Below, one piece after another: positions 10,600 to 19,688 of a stretch of DNA of 64,000 nt. The number at the start of each line of letters is the position of its first letter. The first letter of the stretch is position 1. The notes under the pieces were generated by a model. That model saw only the letters and a program-made list of their open reading frames with translations. It was not told the DNA's origin and ran no database searches. Made by a program: the position numbers and the translations under genes. The stretch comes from a virus: positions 64,001-128,000 of the IMG/VR virus record IMGVR_UViG_3300050821_010764; one strand, written 5' to 3'.

Positions 10600-10680
10600 T
10601 TGAAATCAAATAGCTATTACCCCGGCACTTAGGGATAATTACGTATTATTTTACTGATTCCACCAAGTGAAGGGTTAACA

Positions 10681-11964
10681 ATGCAGAAAACTGCTCAAAG
10701 TGCACGACAAACAGGACGAGGTCTTCTCAATAAATTACGTGAGATGACCAATGTTAGCGGCATTGCTGCCGAAAAATTCTTCAATCCACAATTTCAAAAG
10801 ATTATGGAAGAGTTAAGAAAGAATGATGATCAGGTTAGATCTATCGTTACTGGCACTACTATTGGATCTGGTGACCCTGGCATGGACCCTAAGTCACTCA
10901 AAGATCTATTAAAAATGGCTAAGTCTAATTTCAATAGACGCGAGTACATGACAGCCACCGCCGAGCTTGCCAGATTTCATCGTAAAATTACCGAAGTTAT
11001 TAAAGTGTTGAATGCCATTAGCGATAATGTTGATGAAGTTCATCATGAGTTTTTATTCAAAGATTTAGGTCCAGAACATAAAGAAGAACTATTAGATTTA
11101 CAGAAGCGTTGGGAAACCAAAAAGGCAGCTCGTGATGCACTACTAGTTAAAGAGGCTGGCGTATCTGACATTGTAGATTTTTTGAAGACTTTTAATACCA
11201 GAGGTCGTGGTTTAGCTGCTTGGGAAAAAAGATATCCTCAAGAAGTTGGCAAGATCAAAAGTGGCGTTAGCTCTATTTTACAAAGATCTGAAAGCTTATT
11301 CGACACACTCATCTCTTCATTAAAAGAAATGGCACGTGCTCGTTCCACTAGAGATCTTAATACCTACATAAAAGAAATTGGTAGAGTTAAAAAGTCTTTT
11401 GAAATCTATGAAAATGGCAAAGGTGGATTTAAAGATGTTTACAATGGTACTCTAAAAAATTGGGTTGACAAGATGGCACGTTTAGAACAAACGACATCTG
11501 CTCCTCCACCAGAGACCACTGCTCCTACTGCTCCAGCTCCTGGGGCAACTAATTTGGGCAAGACAGAAATTGCAGTTGAACCTGCTCCTGCTCCAACACC
11601 TTCAGCTCCAGCACCAACTGTCCCCGCGCCAACTGTAATGACCGGACCGGCAGGGAATCTTCCACCAGGAGCGGGTCCTCCATTTGCTCCTGCCCCTCAC
11701 GCAGTAGAAGAGGAAGAAGCCCCAGTTACTTTAAGAGATCCTTCAGTACAATCTCCACCTATTGAGGGTAAGAGACCTGAAAAGGCACCAGAAGAGTTGC
11801 TAAAAACACAACACAGAAAATTCTTTGCATCTTTAGAATCACTGTCGAATGAGAGTCCGTTGTTATTAGCTAGCTACATTAACAAGTATGCTCGTTCAGT
11901 ACAAATTAGTGATCCTGACACCGCAATCCAACTATTCAAAATAGCCAAATCTATTAGGGGGTGA
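10681..11964 (+). CDS. Hypothetical helical head-associated protein
   Basis: 427 aa; MQKTAQ and LVKEAG motifs; Pro-rich linker. Confidence 0.7.
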   Translation: MQKTAQSARQTGRGLLNKLREMTNVSGIAAEKFFNPQFQKIMEELRKNDDQVRSIVTGTTIGSGDPGMDPKSLKDLLKMAKSNFNRREYMTATAELARFHRKITEVIKVLNAISDNVDEVHHEFLFKDLGPEHKEELLDLQKRWETKKAARDALLVKEAGVSDIVDFLKTFNTRGRGLAAWEKRYPQEVGKIKSGVSSILQRSESLFDTLISSLKEMARARSTRDLNTYIKEIGRVKKSFEIYENGKGGFKDVYNGTLKNWVDKMARLEQTTSAPPPETTAPTAPAPGATNLGKTEIAVEPAPAPTPSAPAPTVPAPTVMTGPAGNLPPGAGPPFAPAPHAVEEEEAPVTLRDPSVQSPPIEGKRPEKAPEELLKTQHRKFFASLESLSNESPLLLASYINKYARSVQISDPDTAIQLFKIAKSIRG

Positions 11965-11965
11965 A

Positions 11966-13210
11966 ATGGCAACCGTCACGCGCAACCCTAATTTAGGCGC
12001 TAACTTCTATCCCAAACTAGTTCAAATATCTGCTGAAGCCGGTATTAGACCCGAGGATTTATTAGCTGTTATGGTCTCGGAATCCGGTATCAATCCTGGA
12101 GCCTATGAAGAAAAATTTCATGGTGCAGGTTTGGTAGGATTCATGCCAGATACACTAAGAGGACTAGGATACAAGGGTAGTTGGGAGGACTTTGCTCATT
12201 TACCGGGCGAAGCACAACTTGATTATGTCAAAAAGCTAGTGCAGGGGTTTGCTCAAACTAATGGCGGACCCTTTACTTCTGCTGCCCAATATTATGTCGC
12301 TAATTTATGGCCTGTTGCTTTGAGGTTGCCCGGCATTCGTCAAGGTAATCCTAGTACAGTGTTTATTGAAGAACATCCGGAAACCACTACTGATCCTAAA
12401 ACGGGTAAAGCTTGGAGCAAGAAGTATTTTAATCTAGGCTACAAAATTAGTCCAGAAATGGAAAGTAACGCATATAAGTATAACCCTTTATTTCACGGTT
12501 CAGTACCTGGGGCTATTACTTATGGTGATATGATGAAACAGGTAGAAAAGAATAAACGCAACCCAGCTTATCAAAAAGCTTTAGTAGCTATGAGAGATTC
12601 AGCCGGTTATACGCCAGGCAAAGAGGAGCCAACTATGGTAGCTACTCAAGACAAAGATAACATTTTCCAGAGATATTATGATAAAATGAGGGGCAAGGAA
12701 GAAGATATCTATCAAGAAATGGGTAGCAAGTGGGCACCTGCTCCTGGCGCGGCTCCAGCAGCCAGTACTAACGATTATGATCAGATTCTTGGCAAGTATT
12801 TGCAACTTGCCGCTTCTACTGAAAGATCTAACAAGAAGTTGTATAAACAATTCTTGCCTAATAACTATCTGACTATTAAGGTTCAAGCACGAAACTTGAC
12901 AGACGCTGTCGAATTTTCTCGTGTTCTTTGTACGGCTCTGGATGAAGAGTTAATGGCTAAAGCGTATACCCATACTAATGGTCAAGAGGTAGAAGTAGAG
13001 TGCTGTATTCCTGGACCGGAATATGAATGTTTTGAAACTGTCAAGCAATTAACCGAGTCTATGGCAGATGCTTTTCATTTTGCTACCACTAAAGTGGGCG
13101 GCATCCAAGTAAAAACTCAATTCATTACCAATAAAAAGTCATCTTATCAACAAATCAGCCTTCAGGCTGCCAACAACCACTACAGGAAATTCCTGCTAAA
13201 ATTCATTTAA
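11966..13210 (+). CDS. Lytic transglycosylase (SLT/lysozyme-like) domain protein
   Basis: LLAVMVSESGINPGA (catalytic ES) followed by GAGLVGFMP, resembling the SLT GLxQxMP motif. Confidence 0.7.
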   Translation: MATVTRNPNLGANFYPKLVQISAEAGIRPEDLLAVMVSESGINPGAYEEKFHGAGLVGFMPDTLRGLGYKGSWEDFAHLPGEAQLDYVKKLVQGFAQTNGGPFTSAAQYYVANLWPVALRLPGIRQGNPSTVFIEEHPETTTDPKTGKAWSKKYFNLGYKISPEMESNAYKYNPLFHGSVPGAITYGDMMKQVEKNKRNPAYQKALVAMRDSAGYTPGKEEPTMVATQDKDNIFQRYYDKMRGKEEDIYQEMGSKWAPAPGAAPAASTNDYDQILGKYLQLAASTERSNKKLYKQFLPNNYLTIKVQARNLTDAVEFSRVLCTALDEELMAKAYTHTNGQEVEVECCIPGPEYECFETVKQLTESMADAFHFATTKVGGIQVKTQFITNKKSSYQQISLQAANNHYRKFLLKFI

Positions 13211-13219
13211 GGACATGAA

Positions 13220-13639
13220 ATGGTAACAGAACAAAAGGTATTAGAGGTAGTGCAGGAGTCCAATAAAGATAGAACTAGGACTTTTGCCGAGTTTATTGCT
13301 GCCATTTTTCACGATAAATTCATTGAAATTTATCTTGGCGACTCTTATGAAGAAGTTAGCACTGAACAAATCTCCACGGCTTATCCTGCCGTTTTTTGTG
13401 GCAAGGTAGTTTCTGCTTATAGAGAGTGCTTAGTGTTGAACTCTGTATTTGTTAATAGTTCTACCAATAAACTGGAGTTGGGTAATCTAATGTTCATCAG
13501 TGAAAGAGCTATTAGAGGACTTAATGAAATTGATGGTAAAGGAATTATGGAAGATATGTTCTTAAGAAGCAAAGAATCTTTAGACATCAAAGCACATTTT
13601 CTCGATGGCGTTCCAGTTAAACTGTCTCCCAAAAAATAA
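13220..13639 (+). CDS. Hypothetical protein
   Basis: 139 aa, AAGGA RBS. Confidence 0.7.
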   Translation: MVTEQKVLEVVQESNKDRTRTFAEFIAAIFHDKFIEIYLGDSYEEVSTEQISTAYPAVFCGKVVSAYRECLVLNSVFVNSSTNKLELGNLMFISERAIRGLNEIDGKGIMEDMFLRSKESLDIKAHFLDGVPVKLSPKK

Positions 13640-13645
13640 TGAATC

Positions 13646-14398
13646 ATGCACGATACCAATCAACTACTCAAATTAGCCGACACATATTATCAAGATTGTG
13701 TTCAAGGCTTATCTAAAATTGCCCGCATCAGGCAATTACCGGGTGGAAAGTATCGTGTGCTCTCTATGAAGGGCAAAAATCTGGGCACTTACGACTCTCG
13801 TGAAGCAGCCGAAAAAAGACTTAAGCAAGTTGAGTATTTCAAAAACGTTGACCAAGCTAATGCCAAGGATTCTTCTTCAGAAGAAAAGGTTATTGACCTA
13901 ACTGGTGCTGTAGATTTCTCTTATTCCGCCATTATGCGTGAAATGAGAAAAGAAGCAGACAAAGAACAAGTTCGTTTATTTTTAACTATGTTCAAAAAAG
14001 AATTTGATAATGCAGTAAAGAAGAAACTTCAAAAACCAGAAAAAGTGGCTTTACAAAATTCTTTGGTTAAATTCAACAAGAGACATAAGGTAAAGTGCAA
14101 AAAGAAATTAGTAAAGAATGCGGCTGTTAGTGAGCTAGGCGATCCAGCTATGGTAGGAAAATACTTAGCTGATATTGTTAGATTTACACTTAATAGAGTG
14201 CCAGCTGATAAGAGACAAAATGCTCTTGATAGTTTAAGACATAAATTCTATTCTTTTAATGCCAACGAAATTGCGCAGAAGGATTTGCCGCCCACCTCTG
14301 CTATTGGTCAATCTATTACTTTCGTCAAACACGTTCTCTTCAATCATGACGCCGTGTATATCCGCGAGGTGCTCAACAACATTGTGAGCAATTTATAA
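13646..14398 (+). CDS. Hypothetical protein with a small KYRV..KNLGTYDSREAAEKRL domain
   Basis: 250-aa ORF in the operon. Confidence 0.7.
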   Translation: MHDTNQLLKLADTYYQDCVQGLSKIARIRQLPGGKYRVLSMKGKNLGTYDSREAAEKRLKQVEYFKNVDQANAKDSSSEEKVIDLTGAVDFSYSAIMREMRKEADKEQVRLFLTMFKKEFDNAVKKKLQKPEKVALQNSLVKFNKRHKVKCKKKLVKNAAVSELGDPAMVGKYLADIVRFTLNRVPADKRQNALDSLRHKFYSFNANEIAQKDLPPTSAIGQSITFVKHVLFNHDAVYIREVLNNIVSNL

Positions 14399-14399
14399 C

Positions 14400-15173
14400 A
14401 TGATACACAGGCTTCGCAAGGTAACTGACCAACTGTATCGAGGGAGCGCTCCGTCTCCCAAGGATGTTCTTTGGTTGAAAGAAAATTTAGGCATTAAAAA
14501 AATAGTCAGTTTAGATAAAATAGCCGGTGATAGAATTGATAGGACTACTAAGTTATTGGGTATCAAACATATTATATGTCCTATTGGTCATCCTAATTTT
14601 AAACACTCTCTATTGCATTTTCTGAAACATGATTTAAAAGAGTTATTGTTAGAAGGCGGACCCACTTATGTTCATTGTCAGGCTGGTAAAGATAGAACTG
14701 GATTAGCAGTAGCTTTAGTTCAATGTAAATATCTAGGTAAAAGTCCAGAAGACGCTTTAGAAGAAGCTAAGTCTTTGGGATTTGGTTTGGATGTTGACCC
14801 TAAGCCTATTCATGTTTTTGAGAAGCTAATTAAGGCTTGCAAGCCAGCCAAAGACAAAGATACTAATCATGCTGATATAGTTTCAAACGAACGAGAATAC
14901 ATTAGTGATAATCGAGACTCGTTTTTGGATGAGGGACATCAGGGTTCTTTTGCGCCTTATTTGAATGTTACTCGTCAGAATCCGCAAGATGCTCTTTACA
15001 ATTTTGTGGTTGATCAATCTCCAACCCGTGAGAATTATCACCATGGCAAGCCAATAAAAGAGCATGAATCTCAAGAGGAAGACGTTGTGCCTATGGTCGG
15101 CGTTTACGATAATGATGCGGGTGGCAGAGGCTTTGGACCTGCGGAAAACAATGGTGGATTCATTTATGATTAA
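14400..15173 (+). CDS. Protein tyrosine / dual-specificity phosphatase
   Basis: HCQAGKDRTG (HCx5R P-loop) and N-terminal LYRGSAP. Confidence 0.9.
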   Translation: MIHRLRKVTDQLYRGSAPSPKDVLWLKENLGIKKIVSLDKIAGDRIDRTTKLLGIKHIICPIGHPNFKHSLLHFLKHDLKELLLEGGPTYVHCQAGKDRTGLAVALVQCKYLGKSPEDALEEAKSLGFGLDVDPKPIHVFEKLIKACKPAKDKDTNHADIVSNEREYISDNRDSFLDEGHQGSFAPYLNVTRQNPQDALYNFVVDQSPTRENYHHGKPIKEHESQEEDVVPMVGVYDNDAGGRGFGPAENNGGFIYD

Positions 15174-15819
15174 GAAGGCGTATGCAGTACAAATGACCTA
15201 TGATGTTTCTGATGCTGAAAAGACTCAGGCGCAACAGGCATTGATATTGTTTAATTTCACCTTGAAACAGTTGGATTTAGCTTCCGACCATCTTAACATT
15301 ATGAAGACACCTTTCAAGAATAACCCAGAAATGTCTCCTGAAGAGGTTATGAAGGCTAGAGTTTCTATCAGACGCTTCAGAGATAAGGCTATCGATAATT
15401 TTAATGAGTTCAAGAAGACAGCTTTTAAATGCGTTAACGTAATGCAGAACTTCGCTTCCGATACCCAGACTCTCAAACTAATGAAATCTTTTATCTCTGC
15501 TATTGATGATCTGGAAGTCAAGGTCAATAAGTTTGCTGACATCTTTGATGATTTAGAAGTGAAAGACTTCGCCACCAATGTTGTCAAGGAAATTGAGGCC
15601 ATTCAAGAGCAATGCGATGATATTACTGAGATTATTGATGAAAGAATCAAAAATCATATTCAGAACAATATCTTGGCTACTAGTTGGGTAGATAACGTAA
15701 GTGAAGAGTTACAGGAGAAGGTTCAGGAGAAAACTCCACTCATTTTGGACCTTTTTAATAGACGACAAGACCAATTAAATGACATGATAAAGGAGAGAAC
15801 CTCACAGCCTGGCAATTGA
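15166..15819 (+). CDS. Coiled-coil hypothetical protein
   Basis: Likely start MIKKAY at 15166, overlapping the phosphatase stop (ORF track starts it at 15064). Confidence 0.7.
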   Translation: MIKKAYAVQMTYDVSDAEKTQAQQALILFNFTLKQLDLASDHLNIMKTPFKNNPEMSPEEVMKARVSIRRFRDKAIDNFNEFKKTAFKCVNVMQNFASDTQTLKLMKSFISAIDDLEVKVNKFADIFDDLEVKDFATNVVKEIEAIQEQCDDITEIIDERIKNHIQNNILATSWVDNVSEELQEKVQEKTPLILDLFNRRQDQLNDMIKERTSQPGN

Positions 15820-15936
15820 TTTTATTGTTACGGAATAGTAATAATGCCATATAAAGGTAAAGTTACTGTCACAATGTGGCAATAATCCATTATAATAATT
15901 GTAAAAAGATTGTGATTCTCCCCAATTGGAGAGTAG

Positions 15937-16092
15937 ATGTTTATCAAACACGGTGACGGAAAAATATTATCAGTTGTTGAGACTGAGGAGATGACGGAAG
16001 AGCAAAAGAAAGCTGCTCGTGATCTATCTAAGAAAGTCGTCAAGACATCAGAGGAAACTGATCCTTCAGAGATGAAGAAATCAGGGAGATAA
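15937..16092 (+). CDS. Small protein (51 aa, MFIKHGDGKILSVVE...)
   Basis: GGAGAG RBS; stop 3 nt before the protease start; translated by hand. Confidence 0.65.
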   Translation: MFIKHGDGKILSVVETEEMTEEQKKAARDLSKKVVKTSEETDPSEMKKSGR

Positions 16093-16095
16093 CGC

Positions 16096-19000
16096 ATGAC
16101 ATTTATTAAACTAGGCGAAGCACAGGAGATTAAGTTAGAGAGCATGGATTCGTGCCTCCCTGCTGTGAGTCCTGAAATTCTAGAGAACTTTAGGAAGTTT
16201 GCAATCAATCTTAAGAAGGTTGCCCCTAAAGCAGAAGACTTTTTATATTTCTCTGCTGTTATGATGCATGCTGCTGAAGCAGCCGCCCTCAATGACGACG
16301 GGACTCCTAAGCTAACGGCTAGAGGAGAGACGGTAGAAGTAGGTTGGGATAAATCTGGTGGTACTTATCGCTGGATGAGCAACGACTCTAGTGTTAAACC
16401 CTATAAGAATTCTAATGGAGATATATTTCCAGAGGAAGAACTGGTAAAAGCATATAAGAAGTGGGTGGGTAAGCCTCTTTGCGTGGATCATAAATCGAGT
16501 TCGGTTGACCATGTAAGAGGCTTTATTGTTGATACCTACTATGATCGTAATCTTAAGAGAGTTATAGCTTTATGTGCTTTAGATAAGGCTGGATATCCTC
16601 AATTAGCAAGACAAATCTCCACTGGAGTTTCTAGCTGCGTGTCCATGGGTACCGCTGTTGGAAGAGCAATTTGCACCGATTGTGCCCGAGTCGCCCGCAC
16701 GGAACAAGACTTCTGTGACCATATGCGCCGCAAGAGCTGCTATGGTGAAATTAACGTAGATTTAAATCCACTTGAATTATCCATTGTTGTTAACGGAGCC
16801 GATCCAAAGGCTAATATCAAGCATATTATTGCTGCCGCTAACACCCTTAATACTTATGTCGAGAACAAACAAAAGGAACTCGACAAGCTAGCAGACTTGA
16901 CTTACTCAGCTACTTTGACTGTAAATGACCCTCAAGGACATGAAGGTGGAAATAGCACACAAGTTACAGTCAATGCGACGGACCTTGCTAAATTCAAAGA
17001 AGACGTCGAGGCAGCTTTTCAGAAATTGAGTGAAATTAAAAATTCTGGAAAAGATACTACTAATGATACGGCATCTAATCAAGAGCTAGGTACTGTGATA
17101 CCAGCCGCTGATTCTGGATTGGCTCCCCCACACGCAAGATATGCATCCGCTGAAGTAGGGGTGGATCCTATTGCTGAACTTCATGAGGTTACTAGAACCA
17201 TTGAAGCCAAGCTGAGCCAAATGAAACAAAGCTTGGACAAGTTAGCAAACACTTCTACTACAAACAAACAAGAGGAAAATATGTCTGGATCAAATGAAAC
17301 TGTAAAAAAGGGTTATTACCAAGGCGCCGGTGGCGTTAATGAGCCTACCCCTGGTCAGGCAAAATATCCAAAGGATCCTCTTCAAGAGCATCTCCGTGAA
17401 AAAGAGGATAAACAAATGGTGGGTCAACCTCCATTTCCAGATGTAGGACCAGTCGATGGTATGCATCCATCCCCAGAATCTGCTGACCAGTCTAATGAGT
17501 TAGAGCGTAAAAAGATGCTTGCTCGTGCTGAGTCTGAAGAGAGAGCCCAACGTCGTCAAGCGATTGTTGATTTAGCTAAGAGAACTATTGAAAACAAAAA
17601 AACCGCTTGGTTTCAAAATGGTGATGGCAACAACCCAGGAACCCCAACTCCAGGTAAACCAAAATACCCAGTTGATAAACTAGAGTATGTACTTCGTGAA
17701 CACGAAGATAAGCAGATGGTTGGACAGAAGCCTTTCCCAGGTGTTGGTCCAGTTGATGGTCTTCATCCATCTCCACAATCCGCTGACACCTCTGATGAGT
17801 TAAAGCGTAAGGAAATGCTACGTAGAGCTGGTTTAATAGCCAGATTCGTTCGTGCTTCCAATAATGATGGTACTGCCAATCTAGGTAATAGTGCTTGGGA
17901 AGTTTATCTTGGTGACAAGCTACTTCTTACTGCCTCTGTCAATGAACTATCTGGTGGACGTGCTGAAGTATTACATGACAGCATTGCAACCCGTGAATTC
18001 GGTGGCAAACTAATTGAGAAGATTAAGACTCATGGTGCAGACAAGATTCGCTCCTTAGTAAAGAGTGGACAACCAGCTCCAGGCGGTGCTCCTCCAGCTC
18101 CAGGCGGTGACGCAGGCGCTCCACCAGCAGGTGGCGATGCCGGTCCTCCAGCCGAAGATACTGGTAAATCCGGTGATCCAAAAGATCAAGCTCTTGCATT
18201 AGCAGAGAAGGGTGTCGAGCTTAGCTCCGACCTTAACGAAGCAGTCAAGGCTATGGTCGGTGAGAAATCCGAAATGGGCGATATGGAAGGCGGACCAGCA
18301 GCAGCTCCAGAAATGGGTGCTTCAGCCTCCTTTAGTACACAAACACTCAACAATTTGAGGAAGGAACTTAATGGCGCGCTAACTCACGCTATGCAAGAAT
18401 CCATTGCTTCCATTAACGATCATGTTGAAGAACTTAATATGATTTCTGGATTATATGATAAGGGCGCAGTAACTGACTCTAACCAAGAGTTCGTTGGCTC
18501 TATCGTTGAAGATGCACTAAGCGAAGCCAAGACTGCAATTGCAGATGGTTTCAAATTGATGAGCGCATTTGTGAAGTACGCCCGTGGTACTACTGCCATC
18601 GTCAAGCGTGCAGAAATCGAGGCAGAACTAGAGGCATTAGCTGAGGGAGAGACTATGACAGGCGAACAAGACGCCAACAATGGCGATGATTTAATGGCTA
18701 TGATCAGCGATACCAATTCAGATTTGGATGCTATCCATGGTCTTATGGCAGATGACAACGCTCATGCCGGCGAAGAGCCACATGACGAGGCACTAGAGGG
18801 CTTACTAGACATGCCAGCAGATGATGCAAATGATCTTAAAGCCGGTGATTTGAAGCCAGAAACTATGCTAGACCCAGCAATGATGTCTCATGCATCTTTT
18901 GATACCAAAGAAGGTCGTCAAGCAATGAGAGCCAAGCTAGCCGCTGACGCTCTTGGCAAGCAAGACGACGGAGAAATCTCCGATATGTCTAAGCAAAAGT

Positions 19001-19662
19001 TTAGCGACATGCTAGACCAAGCTGACAAGCTTACTGATGGTCAAACTGACTTGGATACCAAGCCATCTGACAATCTAGGATATGTTGAAACTCTTCCAGA
19101 AGTTAACAAGGCTATGATGGATCTTGCAAAAGCTCCACCAAAGGTCCGTAAGGAAGCAGAAGCTATCCATAACCTAATCTCTGAAGGCAAGCTTCACCCA
19201 TCCGACCTAGACGCTCTAGTAGCAGAAGGTTTGGATAAGGATGCAGTAGCTTACTACAAGAAGTACTGGGCTCAGACTGAAGGTGGCGGAGAATTCGCCA
19301 GTGAATTGGTCAAGGAGCACGTCAAGGCAGACCTTGAGGCAGAACTTAACAAGTACAGAGTAAAGCTAGGACGTTCTTACGAACTAGCATATGACATGGT
19401 TGACCGTGGTTTGTGTCACCACGACAGAAACGCAGTTTCTGCCCAGGTAGATGAAATCATGAAGTTCAATGACGAGTCTTTCGATTCTCTAAAGAGAGTT
19501 GTTGCAAGACACCCAGTAACCAACCTTCGTAAGGAAGGTGGAAGAATGCCACAAGTTGGTATGATCGGTTCTGGTGACCTAAGCACCACACCACAGTCTG
19601 ATGGTGATATGTTTGCACAATTGTCGGCAGCATTTTCTAAGACTTCCAAGAGAAGTTTCTAA
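16096..19662 (+). CDS. Prohead maturation protease fused to a long scaffold-like region
   Basis: NSNGDIF, GKPLCVDH, RGFIVD, VSMG, CTDC..FCDH and ELSIVVNGADPKA match the HK97/assemblin-like protease pattern; coiled-coil C-terminal part. Confidence 0.8.
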   Translation: MTFIKLGEAQEIKLESMDSCLPAVSPEILENFRKFAINLKKVAPKAEDFLYFSAVMMHAAEAAALNDDGTPKLTARGETVEVGWDKSGGTYRWMSNDSSVKPYKNSNGDIFPEEELVKAYKKWVGKPLCVDHKSSSVDHVRGFIVDTYYDRNLKRVIALCALDKAGYPQLARQISTGVSSCVSMGTAVGRAICTDCARVARTEQDFCDHMRRKSCYGEINVDLNPLELSIVVNGADPKANIKHIIAAANTLNTYVENKQKELDKLADLTYSATLTVNDPQGHEGGNSTQVTVNATDLAKFKEDVEAAFQKLSEIKNSGKDTTNDTASNQELGTVIPAADSGLAPPHARYASAEVGVDPIAELHEVTRTIEAKLSQMKQSLDKLANTSTTNKQEENMSGSNETVKKGYYQGAGGVNEPTPGQAKYPKDPLQEHLREKEDKQMVGQPPFPDVGPVDGMHPSPESADQSNELERKKMLARAESEERAQRRQAIVDLAKRTIENKKTAWFQNGDGNNPGTPTPGKPKYPVDKLEYVLREHEDKQMVGQKPFPGVGPVDGLHPSPQSADTSDELKRKEMLRRAGLIARFVRASNNDGTANLGNSAWEVYLGDKLLLTASVNELSGGRAEVLHDSIATREFGGKLIEKIKTHGADKIRSLVKSGQPAPGGAPPAPGGDAGAPPAGGDAGPPAEDTGKSGDPKDQALALAEKGVELSSDLNEAVKAMVGEKSEMGDMEGGPAAAPEMGASASFSTQTLNNLRKELNGALTHAMQESIASINDHVEELNMISGLYDKGAVTDSNQEFVGSIVEDALSEAKTAIADGFKLMSAFVKYARGTTAIVKRAEIEAELEALAEGETMTGEQDANNGDDLMAMISDTNSDLDAIHGLMADDNAHAGEEPHDEALEGLLDMPADDANDLKAGDLKPETMLDPAMMSHASFDTKEGRQAMRAKLAADALGKQDDGEISDMSKQKFSDMLDQADKLTDGQTDLDTKPSDNLGYVETLPEVNKAMMDLAKAPPKVRKEAEAIHNLISEGKLHPSDLDALVAEGLDKDAVAYYKKYWAQTEGGGEFASELVKEHVKADLEAELNKYRVKLGRSYELAYDMVDRGLCHHDRNAVSAQVDEIMKFNDESFDSLKRVVARHPVTNLRKEGGRMPQVGMIGSGDLSTTPQSDGDMFAQLSAAFSKTSKRSF
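17302..17830 (+). repeat. Two copies of a ~75-aa module inside the protease-scaffold protein
   Basis: ...KYPKDPLQEHLREKEDKQMVGQPPFPDVGPVDGMHPSPESAD vs ...KYPVDKLEYVLREHEDKQMVGQKPFPGVGPVDGLHPSPQSAD. Confidence 0.9.
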
Positions 19663-19688
19663 GAACTAAACAACTAATAGAGGATACT

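Noticed and set aside
15828-16292. 154-aa minus-strand ORF
   Set aside because: Antisense to the protease and to the 15937 small gene, both of which have good RBSs; shadow ORF.
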